Shown here in pieces: positions 51,819-61,106 of a stretch of 64,000 nucleotides of DNA. A model generated the notes under the pieces. It saw only the letters and a list, made by a program, of their open reading frames with translations. It did not search any database and had not been told where the DNA came from. How positions within the stretch are numbered: position 1 is the stretch's first letter; every line of letters begins with the position of its first letter. The translations under genes and the position numbers were made by a program. The DNA comes from Gammaproteobacteria bacterium (lineage in GTDB: Bacteria > Pseudomonadota > Gammaproteobacteria > Eutrophobiales > Eutrophobiaceae), in the NCBI GenBank assembly GCA_963422205.2, contig CAXMWX010000011.1, forward strand, positions 64,001-128,000. Direction: 5' to 3'.

Positions 51819-54392
51819 CTAATTGAATTGATAGGAGACTTCCACCATCCAGCGACGTTCGTTGCCCGGATGGATAAAGGCCCCGCCAAATTCGGGCGCC
51901 GGAATGACCTCAGCCAGATAATCGGTATCCAGCAGATTTTTCACGACACCATGCAGCCCCCAGGTATCGCTTTCAAGGCCAGCACGCAGGTTCACCAGGC
52001 TGTAGGAATCACGGGTGGCGTTGGTCTGGTTGGCAAAGCCAAAATTCAGCCCGGTGAACAAGGTCGGTGTTCTGTCGCCCTCCTGGACTTCGGCAAAACG
52101 CGTTGGCCCGACTGCGGCATAATCAAACCGGCCGACAAACTCCACGCCATCAAGAAAACCGCTGGGCTTAATCCACTCAGCCCCCAGATTAAAGGTGTAT
52201 TCAGGCGCATAAGGCACCCGGTTGCCTGCCGTCTGCGGACGATTGCGGTTCTCATCAATGCGCGCATTGGTGGCGGCCACACCGCCGTAGATACGAAGGG
52301 CATCATTAAGCTGCACACTCAGCGCATATTCCGCCCCGGTGATGCTGACCTCATCAATATTCGATACCACACGCAACAAGCCGAACGGGCCGACAAAGAA
52401 GTTGAATATCTGCATGTTATCAACCAGCGTGTGATAGATCGCCCCCTCCATGCTGACCCGGCCATCGGCAAACGTGGATTTAAAGCCCACTTCAAACGCA
52501 TTGGCTATCTCTTTCTCAAAGCTGTCGCTGATCGTCAGGCCCGCACCAGTTGCCGAGCCCGGATTAAATTCCGCGGCATTAAAGAATAGATTGACAGTCG
52601 CCTGACTGCCCTGATTGTTAAACCCGCCGCTCTTAAAGCCGACGCCCCAGCTCCCGAAAAAAGTCCAGTTCTCATTGGCATTCCAGCGCAGGCTGATCTT
52701 CGGTTGCAACTCCTTAAAGGTCTGCTGCCGGTCGGGGATGCTCTGACGGATCGTGCAGTTGTTGTTGGCATCAATGCTGAGAAAGGCCGGGTTCAGCGGC
52801 GAGCCCTGGCCATCGCCCAGGCCCTGGCAAGGCACCAGCCCCAGCGGAAAGAGCTGAAAGGCATCGGTGTAATCGATAAAATCGGAGGTCTGCGTATCCG
52901 GTGCGGGCACCAATGATGTCACTTCGCGCTTTTCCCGGTCATAGCGAAGGGCAGCGGCGAGCTCAATCTCCTCAGTGACATCAAAAGCCACCTGACCAAA
53001 CACGGCAAGGACTTCCGTGTCGAAACGATCGTACACCAGGGCCTCGGTGGCCGGCCCGATCAAGGCCCGCTGTAATTCAGCACCAGCGACAAAACCAACG
53101 CCGGGATCTTCTATGGTAGCCACACCCACCTCACGCTCCAGGTTCAGATAATACCCGCCCAACTGCCAGCGCAAGCGCTGCTCGCCCGGCGAGGTTAAGC
53201 GCAGTTCAAAGCTGATGTCTTCCTGGTTGCGCTCCTGCCATTGCCCTCCATCACAGGTGGTCGGTGTGTAGGGGCCAAGCAGGTTGAGCGGACTGTTGAC
53301 GATGCCAGTGTTGTTCTGCGGCGATGGCAGCGGATCGGTCATGACTGTTGATGCCAGCGTTGCGATGCAGTTCGGCTCTGCATTAAAAAAACCAAAGGCG
53401 GCGCTGGTGCCATCGGCCAGGAAGGATTGATCGATGTCGCTGTACAGCAACCAGCCGGTGGCTGTTGCCCAGCCCATGTCATAATCTGTCTTGATGGACA
53501 GATCGAACGACTGCTGCTCATTTTCCGGACGGATGTTGGGCTGAAAGACAAATTCATGCGTGTTGACATCCTCATCCAGCAGCGAGTTGCCAAAGGCATT
53601 GGCCGCATCTTCCAAGTGAAATGCCACATTAAATGAAATGGAAGCCGCATCCACCTCGCCGTAATGGGCGCGCAAGTCCACGCTGAGATCCTCACTTGGC
53701 TGCCACAGCAAGCGGCCATTGATGTTGTAATTTTCAAAGTCATCGACGATGTCCCTGCCCGGACTGGCACCGACATTGACGTTGTTATAAAAACCATCGG
53801 TCGTCCGGTAGTCGACATGCAAGCGGCCAGCCAGATCATCGGTCAGGCCACCGCCAGCTTGTGCTGACACATAATAGCTGTTGTCGCTGCCGCCCGTGGC
53901 GCGGATACCTGCACTCGCCTCCTGCACCGGCTTTTTCGTGGTCACGATAACAGCACCGGCGGCGGCGCTGCGGCCATACACCGCCCCCTGCGGCCCTTTC
54001 AGAATTTCAATCTGCTGCAAGTCGGCAAACTCGCGGTTAAACGCACTGGGGTTGGTGTAGAGGATGCCATCGACAATAAAGGCAAAGTTCGCTTCCGCAT
54101 CTCGGGAGCCATTGATACCACGAATACTCACCTGTGCATCGCCTACCTCGGCGGTGTCGACAAAACTCACGCCTGGCGTCAGGGCAATAAAATCCTCGGC
54201 ACGCTCGATGGCCGCACGTTCGATCTCACCGGAGGTAAACGCCGTGATTGTCGCCGGCACATCGGTCAGCACCTCTTCACGCTGGCGGGCGGTCACGATA
54301 ATCTCTTCAATCTGTGCCGATACCGGCAGGGTGATCAGGTAGCTGGCCGCACCGCTGGCAAGCAACAGGCAGTACGTGGTTAATGGTTTCAT
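51819..54392 (-). CDS. TonB-dependent outer membrane receptor
   Basis: Signal peptide, TonB box IEEIIVTARQRE, plug IEILKGPQGAVYGR, C-terminal NLLD..Y and VEVSYQFN. Confidence 0.95.
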   Translation of the reverse strand: MKPLTTYCLLLASGAASYLITLPVSAQIEEIIVTARQREEVLTDVPATITAFTSGEIERAAIERAEDFIALTPGVSFVDTAEVGDAQVSIRGINGSRDAEANFAFIVDGILYTNPSAFNREFADLQQIEILKGPQGAVYGRSAAAGAVIVTTKKPVQEASAGIRATGGSDNSYYVSAQAGGGLTDDLAGRLHVDYRTTDGFYNNVNVGASPGRDIVDDFENYNINGRLLWQPSEDLSVDLRAHYGEVDAASISFNVAFHLEDAANAFGNSLLDEDVNTHEFVFQPNIRPENEQQSFDLSIKTDYDMGWATATGWLLYSDIDQSFLADGTSAAFGFFNAEPNCIATLASTVMTDPLPSPQNNTGIVNSPLNLLGPYTPTTCDGGQWQERNQEDISFELRLTSPGEQRLRWQLGGYYLNLEREVGVATIEDPGVGFVAGAELQRALIGPATEALVYDRFDTEVLAVFGQVAFDVTEEIELAAALRYDREKREVTSLVPAPDTQTSDFIDYTDAFQLFPLGLVPCQGLGDGQGSPLNPAFLSIDANNNCTIRQSIPDRQQTFKELQPKISLRWNANENWTFFGSWGVGFKSGGFNNQGSQATVNLFFNAAEFNPGSATGAGLTISDSFEKEIANAFEVGFKSTFADGRVSMEGAIYHTLVDNMQIFNFFVGPFGLLRVVSNIDEVSITGAEYALSVQLNDALRIYGGVAATNARIDENRNRPQTAGNRVPYAPEYTFNLGAEWIKPSGFLDGVEFVGRFDYAAVGPTRFAEVQEGDRTPTLFTGLNFGFANQTNATRDSYSLVNLRAGLESDTWGLHGVVKNLLDTDYLAEVIPAPEFGGAFIHPGNERRWMVEVSYQFN

Positions 54393-54437
54393 CGTTCATC
54401 TCCTCCAGTTAAGCGATGGCATGGCATTTTAAGTTGC

Positions 54438-54646
54438 TTATATACAACATATCGCATACGGGTTTTTAAAGTCGTTGTATTTATAACATAACCCGTCATT
54501 TTAATGTATACATTCGATGTTATCACCACTTTTCTGATCATCTCTCCCATATCGCTGATTTATTTATGAAAATACCCTGTATGTTGAATCATGCTGACTG
54601 TTGCTCACGTTATCTGGCTGGAGAAATCGTGTTTTTATGTATACGA
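54438..54646. promoter_or_regulatory. Candidate GntR operator sites between the TonB receptor and gntR
   Basis: AATGTATACATT (54503-54514, perfect palindrome), TTATATACAA (54438-47), ATGTATACGA (54637-46). Confidence 0.65.
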
Positions 54647-54666
54647 TCAGCAGGGGAGGGGAGGCC

Positions 54667-55350
54667 ATGTCGAAAGCCGTTGAAAAAGCCTATCAACTGA
54701 TCAGGGAGCGGATACTGTCCGGCGACTATGCGCCGGGCTCTCACTTAAAAGAGGAGGCCATCTCCGAGGAGGCGGCCGTCAGCCGTACGCCGGTGCGGGA
54801 AGCCCTGCGCCGATTGAGCAATGAGCAGTTGGTCAAGTTTATCCCCAACCAGGGGGCCTATGTCAATTCCTGGGATGAGGACGATGTGGATGTGATTTAT
54901 GATCTGCGTATCATGCTGGAAGGCTATTCGGCCGCCCGGGCGGCACAGCGCATATCCAATGAAGAGATCGTCGAATTGGAGGAGTGCATCACAGAGATCG
55001 AAAAGCTGTGTGAACAACACTCAAAAGAAAACCACAGGCGCACGATTGAGCATAACCATCGCTTCCACAGCATCATCATTGAGGCGGCCAGCAGTGAGCG
55101 GGTGCATAAAATGCTGGGCTGGCTGGTCGAGATCCCGATGCTGTTAAAGACAATCGAGCAATACAGTGATGCGGATGTGGAGAGAAGCAATAACCATCAT
55201 CGCGAGATCGTCGCGGCGTTTAAGGCCAGAGACAGCGACTGGGCCCGCAGCGTCATGCAGACACATCTGCGTGCCGCTTACCAGATTTATACCCATGCCG
55301 CACCAAACCGCAAGGCCCATCAGACAATGCCATCTTACTCTGCGCCCTGA
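54667..55350 (+). CDS. GntR-family transcriptional regulator (wHTH plus FCD)
   Basis: VSRTPVREALRRL, PNQGAYV, DLRIMLE, NHRFH, HHREI, MQTHL; GGGAGG RBS. Confidence 0.95.
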   Translation: MSKAVEKAYQLIRERILSGDYAPGSHLKEEAISEEAAVSRTPVREALRRLSNEQLVKFIPNQGAYVNSWDEDDVDVIYDLRIMLEGYSAARAAQRISNEEIVELEECITEIEKLCEQHSKENHRRTIEHNHRFHSIIIEAASSERVHKMLGWLVEIPMLLKTIEQYSDADVERSNNHHREIVAAFKARDSDWARSVMQTHLRAAYQIYTHAAPNRKAHQTMPSYSAP

Positions 55351-55398
55351 TCTGCTGTTGCCCCGTGTTACCCGGGCAAACAACCCCATAGCGATGCC

Positions 55399-55992
55399 TT
55401 ATAATGATACGATATGTTCCAGGACGGCATGGCTATCCAGCACCTCGCCATACTTAGCCTGGATGTCAAACAGATTCGCCTCGTGTGCCTTGGGATTTCT
55501 ATCCCCCACTGCCTGCCTTGGCACAAACACGGCAAAGTCGTGCTGCAACGCATCCACGGCGGTTGCACGCACACACCCACTGGTCGTCAAACCGGTGACA
55601 ATCACAGTATCGGCCTGTTGTGTGCGTAGCTGTGCCGCCAAGTCGGTCTTAAAAAATGCGCTGGCCCAGTTTTTCTCGATGATTATCTCGTTATCCCGCC
55701 GCTGCAAGGCCGGATCGATTTGTACCCAATGGCTGTCAGGCTGAAGCACATTCAACGCAGGCAACTTTTGCCTGAACACCTTGGCCTGGGTCTCATGCCG
55801 GTAGATCACCGTGGTGAAAAATATCGGCAGGGATTTGTTCCGGGCGGCCTCAAGCAATGTTTGATTGGCCGCAACCACCGCCGGGCAGTCTGATCCCAAA
55901 GGACATTCAGGATCGGTAAACCCGTTGATCACATCAACAATCACCAGGCCCGGCCGACGGCCGAGATCAAGTGCGGTTTTTTCCAGATCCAT
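55399..55992 (-). CDS. Isochorismatase-family cysteine amidohydrolase (N-carbamoylsarcosine amidase / maleamate amidase-like)
   Basis: Asp-Lys-Cys triad: IVDVINGF, EKNWASAFF, TGLTTSGCVRATAVDA. Confidence 0.9.
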   Translation of the reverse strand: MDLEKTALDLGRRPGLVIVDVINGFTDPECPLGSDCPAVVAANQTLLEAARNKSLPIFFTTVIYRHETQAKVFRQKLPALNVLQPDSHWVQIDPALQRRDNEIIIEKNWASAFFKTDLAAQLRTQQADTVIVTGLTTSGCVRATAVDALQHDFAVFVPRQAVGDRNPKAHEANLFDIQAKYGEVLDSHAVLEHIVSL

Positions 55993-56025
55993 TCAGCCCG
56001 GAGCCAGCGAGCGATACAAATCGGT

Positions 56026-57879
56026 TCAAAAACGGGGGGAGGCAGGTGCAGGCAGATGTGTCTCATCCAGCGCCCTGGATTTTATCTCATCAATCGTGCC
56101 GCCGAAATCGAACAACGCCGGCTCGCCCCGCACACCACGCAACTCATCTCGCAAGGCCGTGGTGGCCGCCTCATCCACCTCACCATCGGCATTGATCACA
56201 ACACCATAACGCGCTGCCCCGTCCCGGGTGACAATGCCACGCAGCACATCCAGCCGGACAAGGGCCGGATCACGGGCATAGGGATCACCCCAGCCGCCGC
56301 CGCCCCAAGTCGTAAACTCCAGCAGATCGCCCGCCTTGACTGCAATATCCTCACACTTCGATGGCAACCAGGTATCCGTACCATCAGCCCGGATAAGGTG
56401 CTTGCTTGAACGTTGCCCGGGCTGGCCGCCATTAACGCCCCAGGGATAGGTCAGCCAGCGATCATCATGAATGGCGATCGTGCCATCGCAAAGAAACCGG
56501 TAGCCGACATTGAGCCCGTTACCGCCACGGTGCAGGCCCGCCCCGCCTGAATCAGGCACCGGCGCATAGTGTTCTATCCGCAAGGGAAAATAGGCTTCGA
56601 TAAACTCATTTGGTACGTTGGTAAAACCGGGCCAGAGTGAATGACCATCCGGGCCATCGCCGGCAGGGCGACCGGGAATGCCACCAAAGCCGATCTGAAA
56701 TAACTGGAACCACTCGCCATGATCATCGTAGCCGGAGTAGAACAGATGCGGACTGTCGGAAAAACCGGCCGCATTCAGCGCCTCTGGAGTACCCTGGCCT
56801 AATAACCCGCCCATCACGTCAAAAATTCTGCCCAGGGCATGGGTACGGCCGGACAAGGCCGCCGGATAATCCGGCTTTAACAAAGACCCTTTCGGTATGC
56901 GTACCTCCACCAGATCATAAAAACCATCATTGAACAGAATCTGCGGATCAAACAGATTAATCGTGAAGGCACCGAAGAACATCTTGAACATGCGCTCGCT
57001 TAAATAAAAATTAATCGAACTCTTCGCCTGGGGGTCGGTGCCGTCAAAATCGAAGATGGCAGTCGCACCTTCCCGCCAGAGCGTGCATTTAATTTTGTAC
57101 GGCCCCATGCCAACCCCATCATCACACAGATAATCTTCAAAGGTGCGCGGCTCCTCCGGCACGATCATCTCGATGATCTGTTTCATGGCGGCATGGTTGC
57201 GTTCCAGCATGATATCCATCGTGCTGTGAAAAATATCATCACCAAAACGCTCCGCCAGCTCAACACAGCGCTTTGCCGCCGTATTACATGCTGCGACCAG
57301 GGCATTAAGGTCAAACCGGTTCCATTGCGGTGTGCGTACGTTATGCAGGATCAACTCCAGCAAATCCTGCTGCAACACCCCTTGTTTATACAGCTTCACC
57401 GGTTTGATACGAATGCCTTCCTGGAAAATCGTCGCCGCATTGATGGGAATACTGCCCGGCACCATGCCGCCGTTATCGGACATGTGGCCGAACATGGCCG
57501 ACCAGGCGATGTGCCGTTGCTGCTTGAAGATCGGCACCAGCACGATCCAGTCGGGCAGATGCGATACCGCACCATCACACATATACGGATCATTGGTCAG
57601 AATGACATCACCTTCTTCAATCTCCTCATCGTATGCCTGCATCAGGCCATGAATAAACGAGCCAAACTGGCCGACCACCATCTTCCCCTCACGGTTAGCC
57701 ACCATGGGAAAGCAGTCGCCCTGCTCCCGTATCCCTGGCGACATCGCCGTACGAAACAACACCGCATCCATCTCAACCCGCACATTACGCAGGGCATTTT
57801 CGATGATATCCACCGTCACGGTATCGACTTCAACCCGTTGCAGCGGGGTTTGATTTGCTTCAATAATTTTCGCTGGCAT
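56026..57879 (-). CDS. Hydantoinase B / oxoprolinase-family subunit (ATP-dependent lactamase beta)
   Basis: RTAMSPGIRE, GDVILTNDPY, SHLPD, GHMSDNGG..PGS, EGIRI, DSGGAG..RGG, TWGGGGWGDP. Confidence 0.93.
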   Translation of the reverse strand: MPAKIIEANQTPLQRVEVDTVTVDIIENALRNVRVEMDAVLFRTAMSPGIREQGDCFPMVANREGKMVVGQFGSFIHGLMQAYDEEIEEGDVILTNDPYMCDGAVSHLPDWIVLVPIFKQQRHIAWSAMFGHMSDNGGMVPGSIPINAATIFQEGIRIKPVKLYKQGVLQQDLLELILHNVRTPQWNRFDLNALVAACNTAAKRCVELAERFGDDIFHSTMDIMLERNHAAMKQIIEMIVPEEPRTFEDYLCDDGVGMGPYKIKCTLWREGATAIFDFDGTDPQAKSSINFYLSERMFKMFFGAFTINLFDPQILFNDGFYDLVEVRIPKGSLLKPDYPAALSGRTHALGRIFDVMGGLLGQGTPEALNAAGFSDSPHLFYSGYDDHGEWFQLFQIGFGGIPGRPAGDGPDGHSLWPGFTNVPNEFIEAYFPLRIEHYAPVPDSGGAGLHRGGNGLNVGYRFLCDGTIAIHDDRWLTYPWGVNGGQPGQRSSKHLIRADGTDTWLPSKCEDIAVKAGDLLEFTTWGGGGWGDPYARDPALVRLDVLRGIVTRDGAARYGVVINADGEVDEAATTALRDELRGVRGEPALFDFGGTIDEIKSRALDETHLPAPASPRF

Positions 57880-57889
57880 CGGCTGCTCC

Positions 57890-59947
57890 TCACGGCATGG
57901 GCTTGATGATCAGATTGCCCTGGCTGTCGACTGTTGCATCATGAGCGGGTAACACCACCGTGGTTGAATCCATTTCAACGATCACCGCCGGGCCGGGAAT
58001 GACCAGCCCTTCATGCAGTTTCATTCGCTCATAAATCACGATATCGAGCCACTGGCCATCGTAGAAATACTGGCTGTCCTTGATTTTGCAATCCTCAAGG
58101 CGGGTGCCCGCCTCGCCGGTTTTAAGATCAGCCAGCGCTTTTGACCGGGCCTTGACGATAGCGCGAATCATGACGATCTCATGGCCCTCGCCCAGGGCAA
58201 AGGTGAACAACTGCTCATGTTCGGCATCAAACCTGGCCGTCAGGCCAGCGATGCCATCCCGCTTCAGTTGCTCCTCGGTGAAATCCAGCGTGATCTGATA
58301 CGCCTGGCCGGTATAACGCAGATCGGCCTGATAAAGCACTTCCCAGTCAGTCGCCGCAATACCATCGGCCTGCAAAGAGGCCGATGCTCTGTCTTTCAGC
58401 GCCTTTAGATCAGCAAGCAATGTGTCAGTGCCCGCCTCCCTGGCCATGGTGACAGAAGTACGGGCGGCCTCATCCTGCACCTGTGTGGTCGCATCACCAT
58501 AGGCACACAACACCCCCGGCCCGGGCGGCACGATCACCGGCCAGGCCCCGCTCAATACCCCCAGGGCATTGGCATGCAGGGGCCCAGCACCCCCAAAACC
58601 GACCAGGGAGAAATCACGCGGGTCATGCCCCTGCTCAACCGAGACCAGGCGCAGGGCGCCGAACATGGCCTCGTTGACGATCTTGATGATGCCCTCAGCC
58701 GCCGCCATCAGACCAATCTCCATGGCATCGGCCACTTTTTGCACGGCTTTCTCGGCGGCCTGTTTGTTGATCGCCATCGCACCGCCCAGTTGCACATCGG
58801 CAGGCAAATACCCCAGCACCACATTGGCATCACACACCGTCGGCTCCTGCCCGCCTTTCATATAGGCCGCCGGCCCCGGCACCGCACCTGCCGATGCCGG
58901 CCCGACCCGAAGCGCCCGGGTCAACTCCGGCACAAACGCAATCGAGCCGCCGCCCGCCCCGATGGTACGCACATCCATTGAAGGGGCACGTACCCGGACA
59001 TCGCCAACGATGGTCTCACGCCTGACCTGTGCCTTGCCCTGCTGGATCAGGGCAACATCGGTGGATGTCCCTCCCATATCCAGCGTCATGATGTTCTCAT
59101 AACCCGCCCGGCGACAGAAGTAGAGCGCACCCGCCACCCCGCCAGCCGGCCCGGACATGAGCAGATTCACCGGCGATTCAGCGGCGGCACGGCCAGATGC
59201 CAGGCCACCATCAGAGCGCAGGATAGATAACGCCACCTCACCCATCTTGTCCTGCAGGGCGGTTTGCAGATTGGTCACATAATTTGCCACTTCAGGGCGC
59301 ACATAGGCATTGACGACTGTGGTCTCGGTGCGCTCGTATTCCTGCATCTCCGGCACCACGGCACTGGAGATGGAGACAGGGATGTCGGTGAAGATCTCGC
59401 GTGCGATTGCCGCGGCTCTGGTTTCATTCTCACCATTGATATATGCGTTGATAAAACAAATCGTCAGCGATTCCACTTCGTTACGGGCATGCAGAGCCTG
59501 CAAGGACTGGCGCAACGCCGCCTCATCCAGCGGCTTGATGATGGTGCCATCGGCCGCCATGCGCTCATCCGCCTCAACAGTGAGTTCCAGCGGGGCGAGC
59601 AAGGGTTTTTTGACATAGCTTACCCAGCCGCCGAGACCACCCGGACAGAATGAACGGGCAACCTGCAATATCTGCTTAAAACCCCTGGTTGTGACCAGAC
59701 CGACCCGGGAACCGCGCCCGGTCAGCACGGCATTGGTGGCCACCGTGGTGCCGTGCATGACCCGAGAGATAGCCGATGGATCAATACCGGATTGCTCGCA
59801 GATCCGGGCAATACCACCGAGCACGCCGAGAGAGGGATCCTCCGGTGTAGACGGCACTTTTACCGTGCAGGTCTGGCCAGTCTGCTCATTGATAAGCAGC
59901 AGATCAGTGAACGTGCCGCCGACATCAACACCCAGTCTGTAAGACAT
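57890..59947 (-). CDS. Hydantoinase A / oxoprolinase-family subunit (ATP-dependent lactamase alpha)
   Basis: GVDVGGTFTD, HGTTVATNA, EYER, SGPAGG, DMGGTSTD, IGAGGGS, FGGAGPLHA. Confidence 0.93.
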   Translation of the reverse strand: MSYRLGVDVGGTFTDLLLINEQTGQTCTVKVPSTPEDPSLGVLGGIARICEQSGIDPSAISRVMHGTTVATNAVLTGRGSRVGLVTTRGFKQILQVARSFCPGGLGGWVSYVKKPLLAPLELTVEADERMAADGTIIKPLDEAALRQSLQALHARNEVESLTICFINAYINGENETRAAAIAREIFTDIPVSISSAVVPEMQEYERTETTVVNAYVRPEVANYVTNLQTALQDKMGEVALSILRSDGGLASGRAAAESPVNLLMSGPAGGVAGALYFCRRAGYENIMTLDMGGTSTDVALIQQGKAQVRRETIVGDVRVRAPSMDVRTIGAGGGSIAFVPELTRALRVGPASAGAVPGPAAYMKGGQEPTVCDANVVLGYLPADVQLGGAMAINKQAAEKAVQKVADAMEIGLMAAAEGIIKIVNEAMFGALRLVSVEQGHDPRDFSLVGFGGAGPLHANALGVLSGAWPVIVPPGPGVLCAYGDATTQVQDEAARTSVTMAREAGTDTLLADLKALKDRASASLQADGIAATDWEVLYQADLRYTGQAYQITLDFTEEQLKRDGIAGLTARFDAEHEQLFTFALGEGHEIVMIRAIVKARSKALADLKTGEAGTRLEDCKIKDSQYFYDGQWLDIVIYERMKLHEGLVIPGPAVIVEMDSTTVVLPAHDATVDSQGNLIIKPMP

Positions 59948-59967
59948 ACCATGCCCTCATTGTTATT

Positions 59968-60889
59968 TTACGTACAAGCCGCCGCCTGGACTGTATTCGG
60001 AAACACCCCTGCCCTGCTTACCATCGCCGGCATCGGGGTCGCCAGCGGCTGCTCCAGCCATTTTGCCGTGTCGATGATTTTTTCAATATCCACGCCCGTC
60101 TTTAACCCCATACGGTGAATCATATAGAGCAGGTCCTCGGTGCCGACATTGCCTGTGGCCGCCGGGGCAAACGGGCAACCGCCCACACCCCCCGCAGCTG
60201 GCATCGAAGATGCTGACACCTTCCATGATAGCCGCATACACATTCGCCACGGCCGTGTTGCGGGTGTTGTGAAAATGACAGCGCAGAGCAACATCCGGCA
60301 CCGCCCGTTGGGCCTGTTTGACCAGGCTGGCCACCTCGGCCGGCGTGGCCACACCGATGGTATCGGCCAGGGCGATCTCGGTAAATCCCATATCAGCCAG
60401 CCGCTGACACAGGCCGAGCACTTTGCCCGCCGGTATCTCTCCTTCGAATGGACAACCAAACGCCGCACTCACCGTCACCGAGCTACGCAGGGGGGTTGTC
60501 TGTATTTCTCTGGCGATCTCGGCAATGACCTGCATGGTCTGCTCGGTTGTTGCGTTCTGGTTACGCTGATTGAAGGTGTCTGACGCCACCACAGCACAGT
60601 TGATTTCATTGATGCGGCTGGCGGCGGCGCGCTCAAACCCGCGCCTGTTCAATACCAGCCCGATGTAGGTGACATCATCCCGTTCCGGCAGGCCGGCAAT
60701 CACCGCCTCGGCATCGGCCATTTGCGGCACCCGTTTGGGATTGACAAAACTCACCACTTCCAGGCGCCGTATGCCAGCATCGATCAGGCGGCTGATCAAG
60801 GTCAGTTTATGCGTTGTCTCCAGCAGCCTGGCCTGACTCTGCAAACCATCACGGGGAGCAACATCAATAATTTCGATAAAACCTGTCAT
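59968..60889 (-). pseudogene. HMG-CoA lyase-family gene with a +1 frameshift in a G6 run (real mutation or sequencing error)
   Basis: The N-terminal frame has PRDGLQ, SFVNPKRVPQMAD, LADTIG, HFHNT; the C-terminal frame has GGCPFAP and GNVGTEDL. Span is 922 nt (3n+1). Deleting one C at 60188-60193 restores FDASCGGVGGCPFAP. Confidence 0.85.
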
Positions 60890-60969
60890 GGCGTCTCTTA
60901 AGAACCCGCTTGCACTTGTTGAAGGCCAGATCATTTTAAGCCAAAGCCCTTGACAAGAGCTACTCGAAC

Positions 60970-61014
60970 AAATCAACTTATAAAATCAACTTAAACTTAT
61001 AAAATCAACTCATA
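60970..61014. repeat. Degenerate tandem repeat (AAATCAACT x3) in the divergent promoter region
   Basis: Cores start at 60970, 60983 and 61002. Confidence 0.8.
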
Positions 61015-61015
61015 A

Positions 61016-61078
61016 TTGTATACAAAGAAAAGATATTAAGGCATAATAATGCCTTTTTTTTCCGATAAATGTATACAA
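61016..61078. promoter_or_regulatory. Two candidate GntR operator sites upstream of the CoA transferase and the divergent lyase operon
   Basis: TTGTATACAA (61016-25) and ATGTATACAA (61069-78); same motif as at 54.4-54.6 kb. Confidence 0.7.
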
Positions 61079-61106
61079 TAAATGACTCATCTACCTGCCA
61101 AACATC

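Noticed and set aside
54422-54438. Sigma54 promoter (TGGCA...TTGC)
   Set aside because: GG-to-GC spacing is 11 nt rather than 10.
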